A stretch of DNA of 64,000 bases from Eledone cirrhosa (taxonomy: Eukaryota): positions 212,660,001 to 212,724,000 of the forward strand of contig OZ024743.1 in NCBI GenBank assembly GCA_964016885.1, written 5' to 3'. Made by a program: the position numbers and the translations under genes. The notes beneath the pieces were generated by a model. That model did not search any database. It had not been told where the DNA came from and saw nothing but the letters and a program-made list of their open reading frames with translations. Shown piece after piece: positions 61,097 to 64,000 of the stretch (the first letter of the stretch is position 1; each line of letters opens with the position of its first letter).

Positions 61097-63797
61097 GTAA
61101 ATAAGAAATTTGATCTTTATTTCTTACTTGCAAGAATTATATAATTACTGTCAGTTCCACCACCCCTGTCATGGTCATTCGTATTAAGTAGTGGGTCATT
61201 TAAGTCAACTATATTTCCCAAATCAAATTTATTGGAACTGTACCTACCATATAAATCAATTATATACATTTCAGAGGTCCTAGTGGACATTGTCTCTTTG
61301 AACAAAATATTAAAGACGATCAGGTCATGAAACAACTTAAAGGACTCGTTCTTGGCGTATTACCAGAAGGTAAGTAAGTTTTATAGATGTAATCAGTTAA
61401 AACTCTCATTTCTTTGTCATATTTCAATTTCTCCACCATCAACTAACGCCGCGGGATATTCCTTTAATCAGCTGTTGACTGGGGATCACTGCAGTTTCGG
61501 CTATTTCTAAAAGTATCACTCACCTTAGACGTGCCGATCAGCCTTTATGCTACCTGAAAATGCTAAGGTATTGGGACACACTGTAGACACAACACGCTGG
61601 TTGCTCCTGTAACCTTTTTACCCCTGTAACAGCTATTTTGTTATATTTGTGAAAAATTCGTTTTTTGTTCTCAATTTTGATCATTCTGTTACATGTGTCT
61701 CCCATATCTATGAAGAGGTGTTTTCTGTTCCCCCACTCTCAGTTCACAAATAATTGCTCTGTTGTTCTTCCTAAATCTACACTAGCCAAGTAGGATATAG
61801 TGGAGCTAGCTACAAATCCGCCCCGGTAGCCTACTTCTACTAGAAATACCGTATATTACCAACCCCGTGCCTTACACGATTCTTTAAAGCTCGTTCTTTC
61901 ATGTGACCACGCCATATTGCTTTCCCAACTTTCTAACTTAATAATCAGGGTTCTTTATCAAGTCAGACCATGCCTTAAAGCTAGGGAGTTGCGCCGTTAT
62001 TGCACCTCCCCAGTCTTTAACTCTTTGATTACACTTCTGCCTTGTTCTTCCTCCTCCTCCTTGTGAGAAATAACAAGATGCAACTTTATATTGATTCTCA
62101 TTCCATTGACACAATTGTGTTGTTGATTTAGTACCCCAGCAAGGGCTACCAGAACTTGGTGATGTCGTCAGCCATATTCTGCCAGAAATGACCGTTATGA
62201 GAAGGAACCACAACCTTGTTGGTTCAATTTTCTCTAATATGTTTCACGGAAGTTCCTTTGTTCAGCTGGATCCAATGCTGTCCATGCATATTGGACTCCT
62301 CACACTACTACTTCCGTCACACCCACTTCCTCTTCGATATAACAAATTTATTTTCTTACAATGTCCCACCTGCCTTTGTTATTCTGGAGGGATATCCTTC
62401 TGTTCCGAACCAGTCCAAGTTCTGTCAGTGTATTTTCAATCACCCTTTATCACCCCTCTTCTTGATTAAATCAACTCCCGTACTTGTTTAGTACTTTATT
62501 TTATCGTCCCCAGAAAGATGAAAAGCGAAGTTGACCTCGGTGTGATTTGAACTCAGAATTTTGCTATAGTAAGAATGCTTTTGCGGCTTTATCCTTGGGG
62601 TGCAGCCCCAATACCACCGCGCTCTAGCCCTAGCCCCCCCCCCCCATCGCATTCTTCTCTGACCCTAGAACCCTTGTCTTTCCTTTTCATAACCATAAAG
62701 ATACTTGTATTTCATAACCATAAAGACATATTCTTTTACATAAAATCTGTAATATATTACTAATAAATATGTATTTTTCATTTTAAAATCTTACTTAAAA
62801 CTTTAGAACAGATATATTTTTGTTTACTTTATTTCATGCCTGGCCTATCAGTGGTCAATGTCACACACCATGAATACTGTGAGAAAAATGCGGGTATAGG
62901 CTTTCGTTACCGAGAAAGAGAAAACATGAAGGTAAATACATCGACCCAGGACGTGACTGGTACTTTATTTTATGGACCCTGGAAAGATGAAAGGAAAGTT
63001 GACTTGGGCGGGATTTGACCATAGAAAGTAATGGGTAGTAACTAAAGGCTACAAAGTATGTAATTCAATGTTCTGATGATTCTGCCAATTTTATAGAAAG
63101 GCGTTGCATTGATGGGCTGAGTTCGAATATTGTCGATGTTAATTTTTCTTTTTACTCTCCCGAGATCAATTAAATAGCTACCAGTTAAATGCTGAGAACA
63201 ATATGATTTATTGTCCTCCTCCCTGCTTCCAAATGTATTGTGCTGGACCTAAGCTTAGTATCAATTTCATAAGAAAAAAAAAATGAGATTGATTATATTC
63301 CTTTACGTTCCAAATTCCAATTCTGCCGTGATCAACTTTACCTTTCATTCTTGTGGGATCGATAAATGAAATACTAATGCCAATCTTAATCGATTATTTT
63401 TCCCCCACAAATCTGAACACTCGTACCCATCCTAGAAACTATATCACTGTTGAGTATGCTTTTCATTCTTTCGATAGCAACACAACCAGTACCAGTAATA
63501 TACCGGGGTCGTTTTAATCATTTACTATATCCTGGAGTCATCCCAAACCTTGTGAATAAAATTGGGTAGACGGAAAGTGTGTTGAGGTCCATCGGATGGA
63601 CTGTGCCCATAATTTAAAGGTCCAAACTTATCACATATTGAGTCTTGCTGAATTGGCTTAGTAATTATGTGAAGGATATTCGTTAATTCACGCACTGGTC
63701 ATTCAGTTGATCCAACAGCTGAACGGTCAGCGTCGAAACCGACGGAGGATCCGCCAATGTTAAGTACAACGTTTTTGGCATATGGAACGCTTTAATT

Positions 63798-63844
63798 GAC
63801 GACGACGACGACGACGACGACCACCACCACCACCACTACCACTA

Positions 63845-63892
<48 letters not shown>

Positions 63893-63922
63893 ATACTACT
63901 ACTAATACTACTACTACCACCA

Positions 63923-63994
<72 letters not shown>

Positions 63995-63995
63995 A
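63798..63995. repeat. Compound trinucleotide microsatellite (GAC)n(CAC)n(TAC)n
   Basis: Directly visible; one of many (TA)n, (CA)n, (GA)n and (TACA)n tracts in the window. Confidence 0.95.
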
Positions 63996-64000
63996 TGATC

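Noticed and set aside
61130-62480. Possible decayed LINE endonuclease region on the minus strand
   Set aside because: Only vague motif similarity (TR...IIDL...NDH); insufficient without a database search.

Overview
AT-rich, microsatellite-dense eukaryotic genomic DNA; the SINE and microsatellite landscape suggests a mollusc such as Octopus (inference, not proven). One host gene is visible: a plus-strand M12B (ADAM/ADAMTS/reprolysin-like) zinc metalloprotease. I reconstructed it by hand from 7 phase-compatible GT-AG exons (44319-61096), with an intact HEIGHVLGMPHD zinc motif split across two exons; its first and last exons were not found. The rest is mobile DNA: several Penelope-like elements (PLEs), a complete 4.27-kb Gypsy LTR element with a 5-bp TSD nested in a PLE ORF, two copies of a Tx1/L1 LINE, RTE and CR1 fragments, tRNA-derived SINEs, mariner/hAT MITEs, non-autonomous Helitrons and a 6-kb 48/50-bp satellite with higher-order repeats. 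The most unusual signals are four. (1) The Gypsy primer-binding site has no TGG and is an exact complement of the first 12 nt of tRNA-Phe. (2) About seven minimal type I hammerhead ribozyme motifs (best supported at 718, 7436, 23308, 36969 and 45998). (3) A recurring class of small fold-back elements in microsatellites whose palindrome is centred on or next to a hammerhead core. (4) A four-fold tandem duplication of a splice acceptor inside the protease gene. All coordinates were read by eye and may be off by a few bases.
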